Part shown: in pieces, positions 1 through 10,916 of the stretch
How the letters are laid out: each line of letters starts with the position of its first letter
How positions within the stretch are numbered: the stretch's first letter is position 1
Assembly (NCBI GenBank): GCA_963796965.1
Contig: CAWCNS010000009.1
Location: forward strand, 64,001 to 128,000
Reading direction: 5' to 3'
Length of the DNA: 64,000 bases
DNA from: Calditrichia bacterium
Lineage (GTDB): Bacteria; Calditrichota; Calditrichia; JAJRVZ01
The notes under the pieces: generated by a model
What the model was told of the DNA's origin: nothing
Seen by the model: the letters and a program-made list of their open reading frames with translations, nothing else
Database searches by the model: none
Made by a program: the position numbers and the translations under genes

Positions 1-161
1 TTCAATCCACTACGTTCTGTGAATGAAAATTCGGGTACTTTCCCATAAACAAGAATATCCGACCGCGATTTATTGGCTAAAAATATTACCAGCAAAGCAA
101 TCACAGACATTAAAAAAATCCCCACCAAGGAAATTGAAATTATTTTAATATTTGACTTCAT
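1..161 (-). CDS. SCO family copper chaperone, N-terminal part (runs off the window)
   Basis: Manual translation gives MKSNIKIISISLVGIFLMSVIALLVIFLANKSRSDILVYGKVPEFSFTERSG: a membrane anchor plus the 'VPEFSFTERSG' start typical of SCO. ATGA overlap with the ctaA stop. Confidence 0.7.
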   Translation of the reverse strand, partial: MKSNIKIISISLVGIFLMSVIALLVIFLANKSRSDILVYGKVPEFSFTERSGL

Positions 162-1090
162 TTTATCACCTCTTTATAAGATAAAACAGTATAAAATATC
201 AATATAATTCCAATGAGAATGCTGGCAAGCCAGAGGTGAAAAACCTGAAAGAGCGGTGTTATGCCCATCAAATGAAGGGTCAATCCAATTGCTATCTGAG
301 TAAAGACTAAGATATTCATAAGCCCCAGACCTTGTTTACTTAAAATTGACAGAGAATTTATCTTAATTAATCTGAGACTGATCAAAACCGAACCTCCTGC
401 CAAAAGAACTCCCAAAAAGGTATGGATAATTGCAACCATCCCCACTTTTGTCAAAACTTCTGAACTGGATAGTAGCGGAAACTTCTCCCAAATTATTTCT
501 ACCTGGGATCTTATTTCTGTTCCCAACAAAATTTGAAAAATTATGACAATCCAGAGGTATAAAAAAATACGGCGGATGGCTAATTTTACTGGCTCTGCAG
601 GTGGTCGATCAATCAAATAGGCATTCACAGTGGTATAGATTAAAAGACTGACAATGATGAGGGCAATCAATAAATGAATGGAAACAGTTACAGGCATCAA
701 CTGGCTTTTAACCACAATACTGCCATACCAGCCCTGAAATGCCACAAAAATTGCTGCCAGTATACTTGGAATTAAAAGATTCTTACGATTTCTATAATAT
801 ATAATTGCCAAAATAGCGGTGAAAAGGATTAACAAGCCTGTAATCATACCAGCGAGACGGTTAAAATATTCAATCCAGGCCAGGGTAATATTAAATGATG
901 CGGCATCAAATCCCTGTGGTAGTTGACTATTACTCAAGGGAGGTATCCAGCGACCGAAGCATTTTGGCCAATCCGGACAACCCAGACCTGAACCCGAGAC
1001 CCTAACCAAGCCACCAATAAATATTAACATATAAGTTGCGATGGTTGAAACCAGAGCAAATTTTCTAAATAAAGATATTTTATGATCCAC
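158..1090 (-). CDS. ctaA: Heme A synthase (COX15/CtaA)
   Basis: GGLVRVSGSGLGCPDWPKC and EYFNR motifs, 8 TM-like segments, located in the oxidase cluster. Confidence 0.92.
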   Translation of the reverse strand: MDHKISLFRKFALVSTIATYMLIFIGGLVRVSGSGLGCPDWPKCFGRWIPPLSNSQLPQGFDAASFNITLAWIEYFNRLAGMITGLLILFTAILAIIYYRNRKNLLIPSILAAIFVAFQGWYGSIVVKSQLMPVTVSIHLLIALIIVSLLIYTTVNAYLIDRPPAEPVKLAIRRIFLYLWIVIIFQILLGTEIRSQVEIIWEKFPLLSSSEVLTKVGMVAIIHTFLGVLLAGGSVLISLRLIKINSLSILSKQGLGLMNILVFTQIAIGLTLHLMGITPLFQVFHLWLASILIGIILIFYTVLSYKEVIK

Positions 1091-1190
1091 TTTCGGTCAC
1101 CCTCTTGATAATTTATTCACGAAATATAAGAATAATTATAGTTATTCATTCATATTTTCTTCAATCTTAAAAAATTTATCCCCGGAGATT

Positions 1191-1252
1191 GTCATGCTGA
1201 ACTCGTTTTAGCATCTTCTAAGGATTAGATCCTGAAACAAATTCAGGATGAT
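1191..1252. repeat. REP-like double hairpin
   Basis: GTCATGCTGAACTCGTTTTAGCATC...GATCCTGAAACAAATTCAGGATGA: two stem-loops in inverted arrangement between coxD and ctaA. Confidence 0.65.
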
Positions 1253-1287
1253 TACATTGATTTCATATATAATCAATATAAAGATTT

Positions 1288-1629
1288 TTATCTAACAATC
1301 GTCGATTCTTGTATAATGGGGCTTTTCGTTTCTTCATTTACGGATCCCCTTGTGGTTGTATCAAACATGGTCAGGGTTAAAAAGATTGTCAGGAAAAGCA
1401 ATCCAGCAGAAAAAATTACCAGATACAATTTATTATCCCAAAATAAATGCATAAAGAAGAAAGCGACTAACAAGGCCTTTATAGATGCAATGGCGAGGGC
1501 GACTGTAATATTAAGAGCACCCAGATCAATAAACGAAACACCCACAGTTATCGCTGTCATAACGATGAGAGCAGTAGCAACGGCCAGGTACATTTTTAAA
1601 GGAACGACATGTATTTTATGTTTTTCCAT
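1288..1629 (-). CDS. ctaF: Cytochrome c oxidase subunit IV (caa3 type)
   Basis: 3 TM segments, IASIKALLVAFFFMHL motif, follows subunit III. Confidence 0.88.
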   Translation of the reverse strand: MEKHKIHVVPLKMYLAVATALIVMTAITVGVSFIDLGALNITVALAIASIKALLVAFFFMHLFWDNKLYLVIFSAGLLFLTIFLTLTMFDTTTRGSVNEETKSPIIQESTIVR

Positions 1630-1633
1630 ACGC

Positions 1634-2287
1634 TTATCCTATAAGATATAGTAAAGGGAAAAGAAAGATCCAGATCATATCTACAAGATGCCAATAAAGA
1701 CCTGAGATTTCTAAAGGGGTATAATATTGATCCGAAAATTGATTCTTAACCGTTTTATTTAATGCCCATCCAATGACCGCCATACCCAAAATAACATGGA
1801 CGGCATGCAAACCAGTCATAGCGAAATATATGCCAAAGAAAATATGAGGATTTGTACCATCAATACCCTGAAAAGTATAGAGTGTTCCTGGTAACTGACC
1901 AAGCTCAATTTTATGACTATATTCAAAATACTTTACAATTAAAAACACCAGAGCAAAAAGTAGCGTCATAATAAGATATGCAATTGTGTGATTCTTTTTA
2001 TTTATCTGCATGCTCCGAATTGCCAGAGCCATTGTAAGAGAACTTGTTATGAGAACAATTGTATTAAATGTACCAAGAGTAACATCTAAAAATTTATGCG
2101 CATTATAAAACATGTCTGGATACCAGGCCCGAAATATCCCATAGGCCACAAATAACCCGCCAAAGAGTAGGATTTCAGTTACTAAAAACACCCACATCCC
2201 CATCTTGGCGGATTCACGCTGCTGTTCAGCATCTGAAAAATGATGCTCCAGGTGTACCGGGCTTGAAGTCGTTATACTCATATTCAT
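1634..2287 (-). CDS. ctaE: Cytochrome c oxidase subunit III
   Basis: GMWVFLVTE, TGLHAVHV and YWHLVDMIW motifs. Confidence 0.93.
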   Translation of the reverse strand: MNMSITTSSPVHLEHHFSDAEQQRESAKMGMWVFLVTEILLFGGLFVAYGIFRAWYPDMFYNAHKFLDVTLGTFNTIVLITSSLTMALAIRSMQINKKNHTIAYLIMTLLFALVFLIVKYFEYSHKIELGQLPGTLYTFQGIDGTNPHIFFGIYFAMTGLHAVHVILGMAVIGWALNKTVKNQFSDQYYTPLEISGLYWHLVDMIWIFLFPLLYLIG

Positions 2288-2382
2288 CCTTCTTTGTATA
2301 GCATTGGGAAATAGTAAAATCTACTAATTACCAATTCCAAATTCCTAATTACAATTTTTTAACATTGGCTATTATTTTAGCG

Positions 2383-3990
2383 TTATAATGTACTCTTCTC
2401 CATCACCTTATCATAATCATAAGGTCCATGGGTTAATTCCGGCAAAGCCTTAAAATTATGAGGATCTGGCGGTGAGGTTGTTGTCCACTCCATCGTCAAT
2501 GCACCCCAAGGGTTGTTGCCAGCCAGACGTCCTTTAAAGATGGAACGAATTAAATAAAATCCCATAATGATAAATCCCGCCCCCAAAATCCAGGATCCAT
2601 AAGACGAAAAAGCATGCAAAGGCTGGAACTGATCATTATAGTTATAATAGCGGCGTGGCATACCTTGACTCCCCATAATGAATTGGGTAAAGAACGTCAT
2701 ATTAAATCCAATAAAGATCAGTATAACCGCAACCCTGGCCCATCTTTCATTGTACATACGACCCCAGATCTTTGGCCACCAATAATGCAATCCTCCAAGA
2801 AAGGCCATCACCGTTCCACCCATCATAACATAATGAAAATGGGCAACGATAAAATAAGTATCATGAAGATGGACATCCACTGAAAGTGCCCCAAGAAATA
2901 TACCCGTTAAACCACCAATAGAAAAAAGAAACAGAAAGGAGAGAGCATAGAGCATTGGTGCTTCAAAAGTTATGGAACCTTTGTACATGGTTGATACCCA
3001 GTTAAAAACCTTTATCCCGGAGGGAATTCCAACTAAAAATGTTAAAAAGGAGAAAATCATTGCCGCAAATTCTGATTGACCGCTGGTAAACATATGATGA
3101 CCCCAGACCAGAAAACTGATAAAAGCAATCCCTAAACTAGAATAAGCAATGGCTTTATAACCAAATATTTTCTTCTGGGAAAATGTCGAAATGATCTCAC
3201 TAATTATACCCATTCCGGGAAGAATCATAATATAGACAGCCGGATGTGAATAAAACCAAAAGAAGTGTTGATACAAGACCGGATCCCCGCCCATGGCCGG
3301 ATCAAAGATACCAAAACCAAAGACACGTTCCAGGATTAGCAATACCATAGTAATTCCGAGCACCGGCGTTGCCAGAACCTGAATTATCGCTGTGGCATAG
3401 AGTCCCCATACAAATAGAGGTAATTTGAACCAGGTTTGACCAGGCGTACGCAGTTTATGTATTGTAACGATGAAATTAATTCCTGTAAAAATTGAAGAGA
3501 ATCCGAGGATAAAAACCCCCAGGGTCATCGAAATAACCGATCCACTGGATGATGTACTATAGGGTGTATAAAACGTCCATCCTGTATCTACACCGCCAGT
3601 GACAATTGAAAACAGGGCAAAAAGAGCCCCAAACACATATACATACCAACTGGCAAGATTTAACCTTGGAAATGCCACATCTTTTGCACCCAGCATCAGA
3701 GGCAGAATAATGTTACCAAGAGCTGCTGGTATAGAAGGGATAATAAATAAAAATATCATTATCGCACCATGGAGTGTAAAAAATTGATTATAAGTATCTG
3801 CTCCCATCAGATCCTCACCAGGATGCAATAATTCCAGCCGTAGCAATACTGCAAAGATTCCTCCAACCATAAAAAAGAACATGATCGCAAAGAGATACAT
3901 TAATCCGATTCGTTTATGATCGAGCGTTAAAAGCCAGGACTTAAGTCCTTTAGGCTCGGAGAGATAACTATGTTCAGGAAAAGTATTCAT
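2383..3990 (-). CDS. ctaD: Cytochrome c oxidase subunit I, A2 type
   Basis: [22 protein letters not shown] (YS motif), WGHHMF, HFHY and PRRY motifs. Confidence 0.97.
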   Translation of the reverse strand: MNTFPEHSYLSEPKGLKSWLLTLDHKRIGLMYLFAIMFFFMVGGIFAVLLRLELLHPGEDLMGADTYNQFFTLHGAIMIFLFIIPSIPAALGNIILPLMLGAKDVAFPRLNLASWYVYVFGALFALFSIVTGGVDTGWTFYTPYSTSSSGSVISMTLGVFILGFSSIFTGINFIVTIHKLRTPGQTWFKLPLFVWGLYATAIIQVLATPVLGITMVLLILERVFGFGIFDPAMGGDPVLYQHFFWFYSHPAVYIMILPGMGIISEIISTFSQKKIFGYKAIAYSSLGIAFISFLVWGHHMFTSGQSEFAAMIFSFLTFLVGIPSGIKVFNWVSTMYKGSITFEAPMLYALSFLFLFSIGGLTGIFLGALSVDVHLHDTYFIVAHFHYVMMGGTVMAFLGGLHYWWPKIWGRMYNERWARVAVILIFIGFNMTFFTQFIMGSQGMPRRYYNYNDQFQPLHAFSSYGSWILGAGFIIMGFYLIRSIFKGRLAGNNPWGALTMEWTTTSPPDPHNFKALPELTHGPYDYDKVMEKSTL

Positions 3991-4003
3991 TCACGTGATC
4001 CTT

Positions 4004-4952
4004 TTATTGTTTAAGAGATTTAAGATAAGCGATCAGAGCATCGATTTGCCTGTCCTTGAGAACACCCTGATAAGTTGGCATGACTGGTTGGAAGCCCATA
4101 GTAACTTTCGCTTGAGGATTTAATATTGACTCTCTGATATAGTTCTCATCAACCAAAACTTCACTTCCATCTGCTAAATTTTCCTTGCTGCCATATAATC
4201 CGAGGAAACTTGGTGCAACGCCGGGTTTACCATCAATGCTATGACAGGTGATACAGGCCTTTGTCTGATAGAGTTCGGCGCCTGCTTCTTCAAGTGAAAC
4301 ACCTTCCGGGATATCAACAGCCGCTTTTTCCAGCCATACTTTATAGTCCTCATCGCTTAGTACGATTACTTTGCCCAGCATTTCTGAATGCCCTTTTCCA
4401 CAATATTCGGTACAGTAAATATCATATTCCCCGATATTTATTGCTTCGAACCAGGTTATTGTATATCGGTTTGGCAAAACATCCATTTTTACCCGGAAAT
4501 CCGGGACGAAAAAACTGTGAATAACATCCTGTGACGACATTAACAGACTTAACCGGCTGGCCGACAGGAACATATAAATCATTTAAACTGTTTGCACCAT
4601 TTTGATAATCAAAGGTCCAGAACCATTTCTGGCCGGTTGCTTTAATCTCCAGGGCATCCCGTGGTGCAACATTCATTTTCAGATAGGTCCGAAACCCCCA
4701 TACAAACACAATCATTACCAGGATTGTTGGAATAACAGTCCAGAGGATCTCAAGTTTCGTGTTATGCGCAACCCCTGAGGTGAGTTGCTTTTCACCTTTT
4801 CGACGATACTTAAAAATAAAATAAGCCGTAGAAGAAATTACCAGGACAAATAGGACGATAGCGGTATAATAGATAAAATAAAATAAGGCGTCGACTTCGC
4901 TGGCAATAGTTGAATTAGCCGGTGGCATATAAAGTGATCCGGAGTCTCCCAT
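4004..4952 (-). CDS. ctaC: Cytochrome c oxidase subunit II with C-terminal cytochrome c (frameshift near 4540)
   Basis: ORF 4422-4952 has the TM helices and LEILWTVIP. ORF 4004-4582 has DVIHSF, the CuA motif CTEYCGKGHSEM and the heme c motif CITCH. Confidence 0.92.
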
Positions 4953-5082
4953 AGTTTTCAGATTCCTCTCAATCGTTATACATATTACTGGTTCTTGGTC
5001 CTCGGTACTTGGCTCTGGGTATTGTGTGCTTATTGTTCGGTCATTAGATGCTAAATATCTAAAATCGGATTACAAAACTAAG

Positions 5083-5117
5083 AGAGTTGTAGGCCATCTT
5101 GGAGATGGACTACAACT
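5083..5117. repeat. Short palindromic repeat (second copy at 35761-35794)
   Basis: AGAGTTGTAGGCCATCTTGGAGATGGACTACAACT versus AGAGTTGTAGTCTCTCTTGAAGATGGACTACAAC. Confidence 0.6.
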
Positions 5118-5219
5118 AAACAATAAATATTTAAATGGTTTCTGCAAATCATACAAAAATTCTGAGGTGCCCCGAACTCCTAATATTGAGAACTAAGTAC
5201 CTACTACCCAGATCCGAGC

Positions 5220-6035
5220 TCATTTTGAACTAAATAAAACATCTTTACGCCAAAGAAGGATAAGCATCGAGCCTAAAATCAAGACCGTTATAACGCCGCC
5301 GATGCGCATTAAATTTCCGGCAAACAAAACATATCCACCGGCATCAGGATCATAATGGTAACAAAAGAGAATTATTTTATCTATCGTGGAGCCGATTTCC
5401 CCTTTTGATGCCTCCAATAAAGATAAACGCAGATCGGTTTCTTTATACTCAATCCCATAAAGATATCTTGAAATTATGCCATCCTTGGTCAAGATAAATG
5501 ATACAGCCGGGTGTGCATATTCCTGTCGCTCTTCCACATAATAGTATTTAAAGCCCAGGGCGTCTGCTAATTTTTTAGAATTTTGTGCCGGCCCGGTAAG
5601 AAACGCCCAGGCAGAATTTTTTACGGGCTTTTTTAATGCATCCAATACATTTTTTTTCTTAGCTGCTGCAAGATTATGATCTTCATCGGGATTGATACTG
5701 ACTGTAACCATTTGGAAATCTTTCCCAGGTACATAAGCCAAACCGGCAATACCTGCTGTTAATCCCTTTATAACTAATCCGCATAGCATAGGACAGCGAT
5801 AATATGCAAGGGTTAATAAGACAGGTTTGCCCATACTAAAATACTCTTTTAACTGAACACTATCACCTGCTTCGTCTACAAATAATAGATCCAATGGGAT
5901 TGTTTTACCCAAATGTTCCTCTACATCTATATTTTGCAATTCAGGCACATTTTCCATGGCAATCTGACCATACACCTGAAATGGTAAAATTAAAATTAGT
6001 AACAGGAGAACTTTATTAAAGATTTTCTTATTCAT
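5220..6035 (-). CDS. SCO family protein (ACIII/oxidase-associated type)
   Basis: YYRCPMLC copper motif, YAHPA and C-terminal FCYHYDP followed by a TM segment. Confidence 0.9.
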   Translation of the reverse strand: MNKKIFNKVLLLLILILPFQVYGQIAMENVPELQNIDVEEHLGKTIPLDLLFVDEAGDSVQLKEYFSMGKPVLLTLAYYRCPMLCGLVIKGLTAGIAGLAYVPGKDFQMVTVSINPDEDHNLAAAKKKNVLDALKKPVKNSAWAFLTGPAQNSKKLADALGFKYYYVEERQEYAHPAVSFILTKDGIISRYLYGIEYKETDLRLSLLEASKGEIGSTIDKIILFCYHYDPDAGGYVLFAGNLMRIGGVITVLILGSMLILLWRKDVLFSSK

Positions 6036-6480
6036 TATTTATCTTATATTAATTTGCTTTGGTTATTTGACAAATATTAGTACTCTTCATTGATATTATG
6101 GTGACGCTGACTTATCGCGCCGCTCTTGATAAAACAAAAAATCTACCACTCCGACGGTATACCTTTGGGAGGATTTACACGGACTTAAACAGAAAACTTA
6201 TATTTTACTACATTCTGAGTAGTAATTTCTAATCAACTTCTAATTATCACCTTTTATTCCGGGAATCTCAGCGTATTTTTAGGGTGCGAATTTTTTTAAC
6301 ATAATCGTAAACAAATCATTACATAAAACGACTATATTAAAATTTTATCAGATTTGGAATGTCTAATATTATATGTAATGAAATTTGAAAAATTCTTGTC
6401 AGGTACAGCATGACCCGGCGAAGACAGATAATTTGTGGAAAAATATCTTTGCGGTTTTGCTTAAATATTTGTGCGGGTAT

Positions 6481-6780
6481 TTAATTTTCAGAAAGTAAAT
6501 TAATGGCTCGGTCAATCGGTATGCGGTATATTCCCTTTTCAGCATCAAGAATTTTATAGGTCGTAAGGACCTCTTCTTCTTCTGCTAAAATATCCTTAAG
6601 ACTTACAGATTCTGGTTGTAACTGAGTTTCATATACTATCTTCGACTCCTCAGTAATAAAATAATCAGTAAGCAAAACCAGAATAACTACTAAAACTATT
6701 ATTGAAAAAAGACTGATACCAATCACAAATTTGAGATTGACATCTTTTTTTTCATAGCCAGGATTTTGATTTTCGGACAT
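6481..6780 (-). CDS. Small single-TM protein, probable alternative complex III subunit ActG
   Basis: One TM helix and a C-terminal YRIPIDRAI motif, positioned between actF and SCO. Confidence 0.6.
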   Translation of the reverse strand: MSENQNPGYEKKDVNLKFVIGISLFSIIVLVVILVLLTDYFITEESKIVYETQLQPESVSLKDILAEEEEVLTTYKILDAEKGIYRIPIDRAINLLSEN

Positions 6781-6829
6781 GTATATACCTTAAACATTTT
6801 TTACTAAATAAATTTTTGATCCGGGACTG

Positions 6830-6905
6830 GGAACTGGGAATTACCTCCCCCTTTTTCCCCCTCCTTACTAAGAAGGGGAAAAAGGGGGAGGTAATTCCCA
6901 GTTCC
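6830..6905. repeat. Long palindromic REP-like element (family also at 18182-18230 and 53814-53866)
   Basis: About 30-bp inverted arms GGAACTGGGAATTACCTCCCCCTTTTTCCCC / GGGGAAAAAGGGGGAGGTAATTCCCAGTTCC around a CCTCCTTACTAAGAAGGGG core. Confidence 0.8.
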
Positions 6906-6919
6906 TAATTTCTATATAT

Positions 6920-8100
6920 TTAATTCTTCATCTTTATTGATGTTTCCAATCTGGGATCATTAACAGGTACTAACGCACGAGAAGCATATCTGCGCATAAT
7001 TGACCACAGAAAAATGCCCCCTATCCCTATAAGACCGGCCAGATCCATCCATGAAATTGAAGCGCCATGATGATGGAGGCTTGGCATGGCAATCCAATAA
7101 AGATCTAACCAGTGCATGATTACAATCCAGATGGCAATAACTCTGAGTGCTGTGAAATTTCTTTTTATTGCCCTTGGTAACAAGAGCATAAAAGGCAAGA
7201 CAAAATGCCCAAAGACAAGAACTAATGTCACAATCTTCCAGGAACCTTCCCACCTTGCCAAATACCAGACGGTTTCTTCCGGAATATTGGCATACCAAAT
7301 TAGAAAATATTGGGAGAATCCGATATATCCCCAAAATATAATAAATGCGAATAAAAATTTTCCAATATCATGATAATGCTCTACGGTAATTGTATCTGCT
7401 AATATTCCTTTTTTCCTTAGGAACAGTCCAAATATTACCAAAAAGTGAAAATCGCCAGCAGACTGCCGCCAAAAATATAAACACCAAAAATCGTTGAATA
7501 CCAGTGTGCTTCCAGAGACATTAACCAATCAAATGAGGCAAATGTTATCGTGAACGCAAATAGAATCATACCTGGTGCACTGATTTTTTTCATTTTTTCG
7601 ATTTGTTTTGGATCAGAACCCTTATCCTGAGCCAAGGACGTTTTATAAAGTCCACGGGTTAGAAAGAACCAGATTGTAAAATAAAGGAGAGCACGAATGG
7701 TGAAAAAGACTGGATTGAGATAGGGTGATTTTTTTAATAAAATTGGATCTGCGGCCACCACATCAGCATGACTCCAATGATATAAATCAAACATTCCCAG
7801 CAATACCGGAATAAATAAGATCGCCATGATGGGAATAGACGTCATCACCGTCTCCAGGATACGTCTTAAAACAATACTCCAGTCCGCACCGGTGAGATGA
7901 TGAAGAAAACTGAAAAACATCGCCCCCCATACAAAGGTCATCCAAAAAGCAAAGGCGGTCAGATAGGAGAAAAAGAATTGTTTTTGATCCACAAAAAATC
8001 CAGAGACCAAAATTAGCAGGCCAATAATACCAACAAATAAGGTAGGTTTTAAAGGAAATACATTTTTCGCCAGATAAAATTTTTCGTTTTTTGTTTCCAT
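6920..8100 (-). CDS. actF: Alternative complex III subunit ActF (frameshift near 7440)
   Basis: WSIVLRR, LYHWSH, DWLMSLEAHWYST, QYFLIWYANIPEE and PVNDPRL motifs spread over two ORFs. Confidence 0.88.
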
Positions 8101-8109
8101 AAATAGTCT

Positions 8110-8718
8110 TTATTTCAAAGTTTGTCTTATATCTTCAGGTACATCATCTTTTTTTGCATTTTGGCTTCTTTGTAACGCCCGTACATATGAAACAATTGCC
8201 CAACGATCAGCGACAGGTACCTGATATTTGTAAGATGGCATATTACGAATACCATTTGTTATTACATCAAAGATATGTCCATCTTCTACCTGACGCATTC
8301 GATCCAAATGGAAAGATGTTGCGGGCAAAAACCCTTTTTTCACTACAATACCTTGTCCATATCCCGTCCGTCCATGGCAGGGTGCGCAGAAAATATCAAA
8401 CCTTTTTTGACCATGTCTTAGTAGTTCTGAGGTTACAGCCATCGGAAGTTTCCGCACAAATGTACCGTTTGGATTTTTTCCTTTAAAATAAACTGTATTT
8501 TCGTTCAATTGTCCCCTGGCCACTGTTCCTTCAACGGGCATCCGCATGGCTGATTTATCCGTATAAAATTTGCTCTCTTCCATAGCCTGATACTTCGGTT
8601 GATCATCCATATTCGGATTTAAATGGATGGGTGGCTGTTTCGAGGGTCGCTCCTGCAAACAACTAACCAGGAAGAGTAGAGATAACAAAAATACGGTTAT
8701 GTTTATTGATATCTTCAT
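8110..8718 (-). CDS. actE: Alternative complex III monoheme cytochrome c lipoprotein ActE
   Basis: Lipobox LVSC, NMDDQPK, CAPCH heme motif, MPSY. Confidence 0.9.
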   Translation of the reverse strand: MKISINITVFLLSLLFLVSCLQERPSKQPPIHLNPNMDDQPKYQAMEESKFYTDKSAMRMPVEGTVARGQLNENTVYFKGKNPNGTFVRKLPMAVTSELLRHGQKRFDIFCAPCHGRTGYGQGIVVKKGFLPATSFHLDRMRQVEDGHIFDVITNGIRNMPSYKYQVPVADRWAIVSYVRALQRSQNAKKDDVPEDIRQTLK

Positions 8719-8723
8719 TGTGA

Positions 8724-9260
8724 TTAAATTTCCTCCAGATTTTGGCCACCGATACTTTCAAGAAAATCTCTGGTGCTCTTTGTATCAAATTTTGGATCAT
8801 CTGCTGGAACAGAGACCACAAAACCATCATTATTTATCTTGAGTATCTTATCTGAATCAAAAATTTTATGATAAAGCATTGGCAATTTATTAAGTGCCAA
8901 CATACCAAATAATGCAGTAAAAGCTGAACTTAAAACCATGATTGCAAAGGCAACAGGGCCATATGCCTGATAACTAAAGTATGGTTTCCCGGATATAACC
9001 AGTGGATAGTCAACACTACTCGTCCACCACTCCAGGGTAAATCCTGCCAGCAGAGCGATAAAAGCAACACAGCCGACAATCCAGCCCAAAGGAGAACGCT
9101 TCAAACCCATGGCATCATCCATGCCGTGAATTGGAAAGGGCGAATGGCAATCAAACTTTTTATATCCGGCATCTCGCAATTTTTCAGCAGCTTCAAGCAA
9201 TTGCCCCGGATTCTCAAATTCAGCGAGTATCATTCCGGCATTCTCTGGTTTATTTTTCAT
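8724..9260 (-). CDS. actD: Alternative complex III subunit ActD (DUF3341)
   Basis: [14 protein letters not shown] and ISGKP motifs, 2 TM segments. Confidence 0.9.
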   Translation of the reverse strand: MKNKPENAGMILAEFENPGQLLEAAEKLRDAGYKKFDCHSPFPIHGMDDAMGLKRSPLGWIVGCVAFIALLAGFTLEWWTSSVDYPLVISGKPYFSYQAYGPVAFAIMVLSSAFTALFGMLALNKLPMLYHKIFDSDKILKINNDGFVVSVPADDPKFDTKSTRDFLESIGGQNLEEI

Positions 9261-10706
9261 GACTTTCCTCCCCTGCTTACCTTAGCCGGCTCGGTATCGC
9301 TCTTTTTTCCATGACCATTACCATTGTGATAGTGTGGATCTGCCTGGGGCAGAACCGCCTTGACCTCAGAGATGGCTATCATCGGAATAAATCGTAAAAA
9401 TAGAAGAAAAAGGGTAAAAAATAATCCAAAAGATCCAACAAAAATCCCGATATCAACAAAAGTTGGTGAGTAATAATCCCAACTGGAAGGCAGAAAATCT
9501 GCCGACAACGAGGTTACAACGATTACAAAACGTTCAAACCACATACCAACATTTATTAATAATGCGGCTACGAACATAACAGGTATACTTGTTCTGAGTT
9601 TTTTGAACCAAAATATTTGTGGGACCAATACATTACAACTGATCATTGTCCAATAAGCCCAGGCATAGGATCCAAAAGCCCTGTTGATAAAGGCAAAAAG
9701 TTCGTAATCATTCGCTCCATACCAAGCGATAAAAAACTCACAACTATAGGCATAACCAACCATCATACCGGTAACAAGCATAATTTTATTCATTTTTTCC
9801 AGATGATTTATAGTAATAAAATCTTCCAGGCTGAATATTTTGCGGGCAATAATCGCCAGGGTGTTTACCATAGCAAAACCGGAAAAGATAGCACCCGCCA
9901 CAAAGTAGGGTGGAAAGATAGTTGTATGCCATCCCGGTATGATACTTGTGGCAAAATCTGTACTCACCACACTATGCACAGAAAGAACCAATGGGGTCGA
10001 TAATCCGGCCAAAAGCAAGTAGGCCATCTCGTAATTTTTCCATTGACGGTTTCCCCCACGCCAGCCCAATGAAAAAATACCAAAGGCAAATTTACGCAAC
10101 CGTGTCTTTGCCCGGTCTCTCATGGAAGCCAAATCCGGAATCAATCCTGTATACCAAAAGAGCAAGGAAACCGTAAAATAAGTACCCACGGCAAAAATAT
10201 CCCAGAGTAATGGACTGCGGAAATTTGGCCACATGGCCATCTGGTTCGGGACCGGAAACATCCAATAAGCCACCCATATCCTGCCCTACATGGATGCCTG
10301 GAAATATTAGGGCGCAGATAACCGCAAACAGGGTCATGGCTTCGGCAAACCGGTTGATGGAAGTACGCCATTTTTGTCTAAAAAGAAATAGAATTGCAGA
10401 AATCAAGGTACCAGCATGTCCGATTCCAACCCAGAAAACAAAATTAACAATTGCCCATCCCCAACCGACCGGAACATTGAGTCCCCAGGTACCAATGCCC
10501 TCCCACACCAACCATCCGATCAATGCAAGCATCATCAATAGCAGCGAACTGGAAATACCAAGGGCAATCCACCATAATTTATGGGTTTTTTGCTCGGTGA
10601 TCCCGCCAATTTTCTCGGTCACATCGGCAAATGTCTGATTACCAGTGATCAGCGGTTGTTCTTCTGCCAGGGGCATCCGTTCTAATGTGTCTGTTGTTCC
10701 ACTCAA
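9257..10706 (-). CDS. actC: Alternative complex III subunit ActC, NrfD-like (frameshift near 10280)
   Basis: [38 protein letters not shown] and [10 protein letters not shown] motifs. Confidence 0.93.
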
Positions 10707-10916
10707 AGTTAAGTCTCTTTGTTTTGCTCAGAATTTTTAGTCTCACGCAGCGACGCCAGCGCCGCAACGATCTTTTTATTATGCTATTATTTGTCATCCT
10801 GAAAGGAGTCTTCCAGCATTTCGAATGAGGAAATCCTCCCTTATTAAAGATTATAGATGTTGATTCGTCATGAATACTTAATACATAAAAGGGATATTGT
10901 CTATCTATAATATACT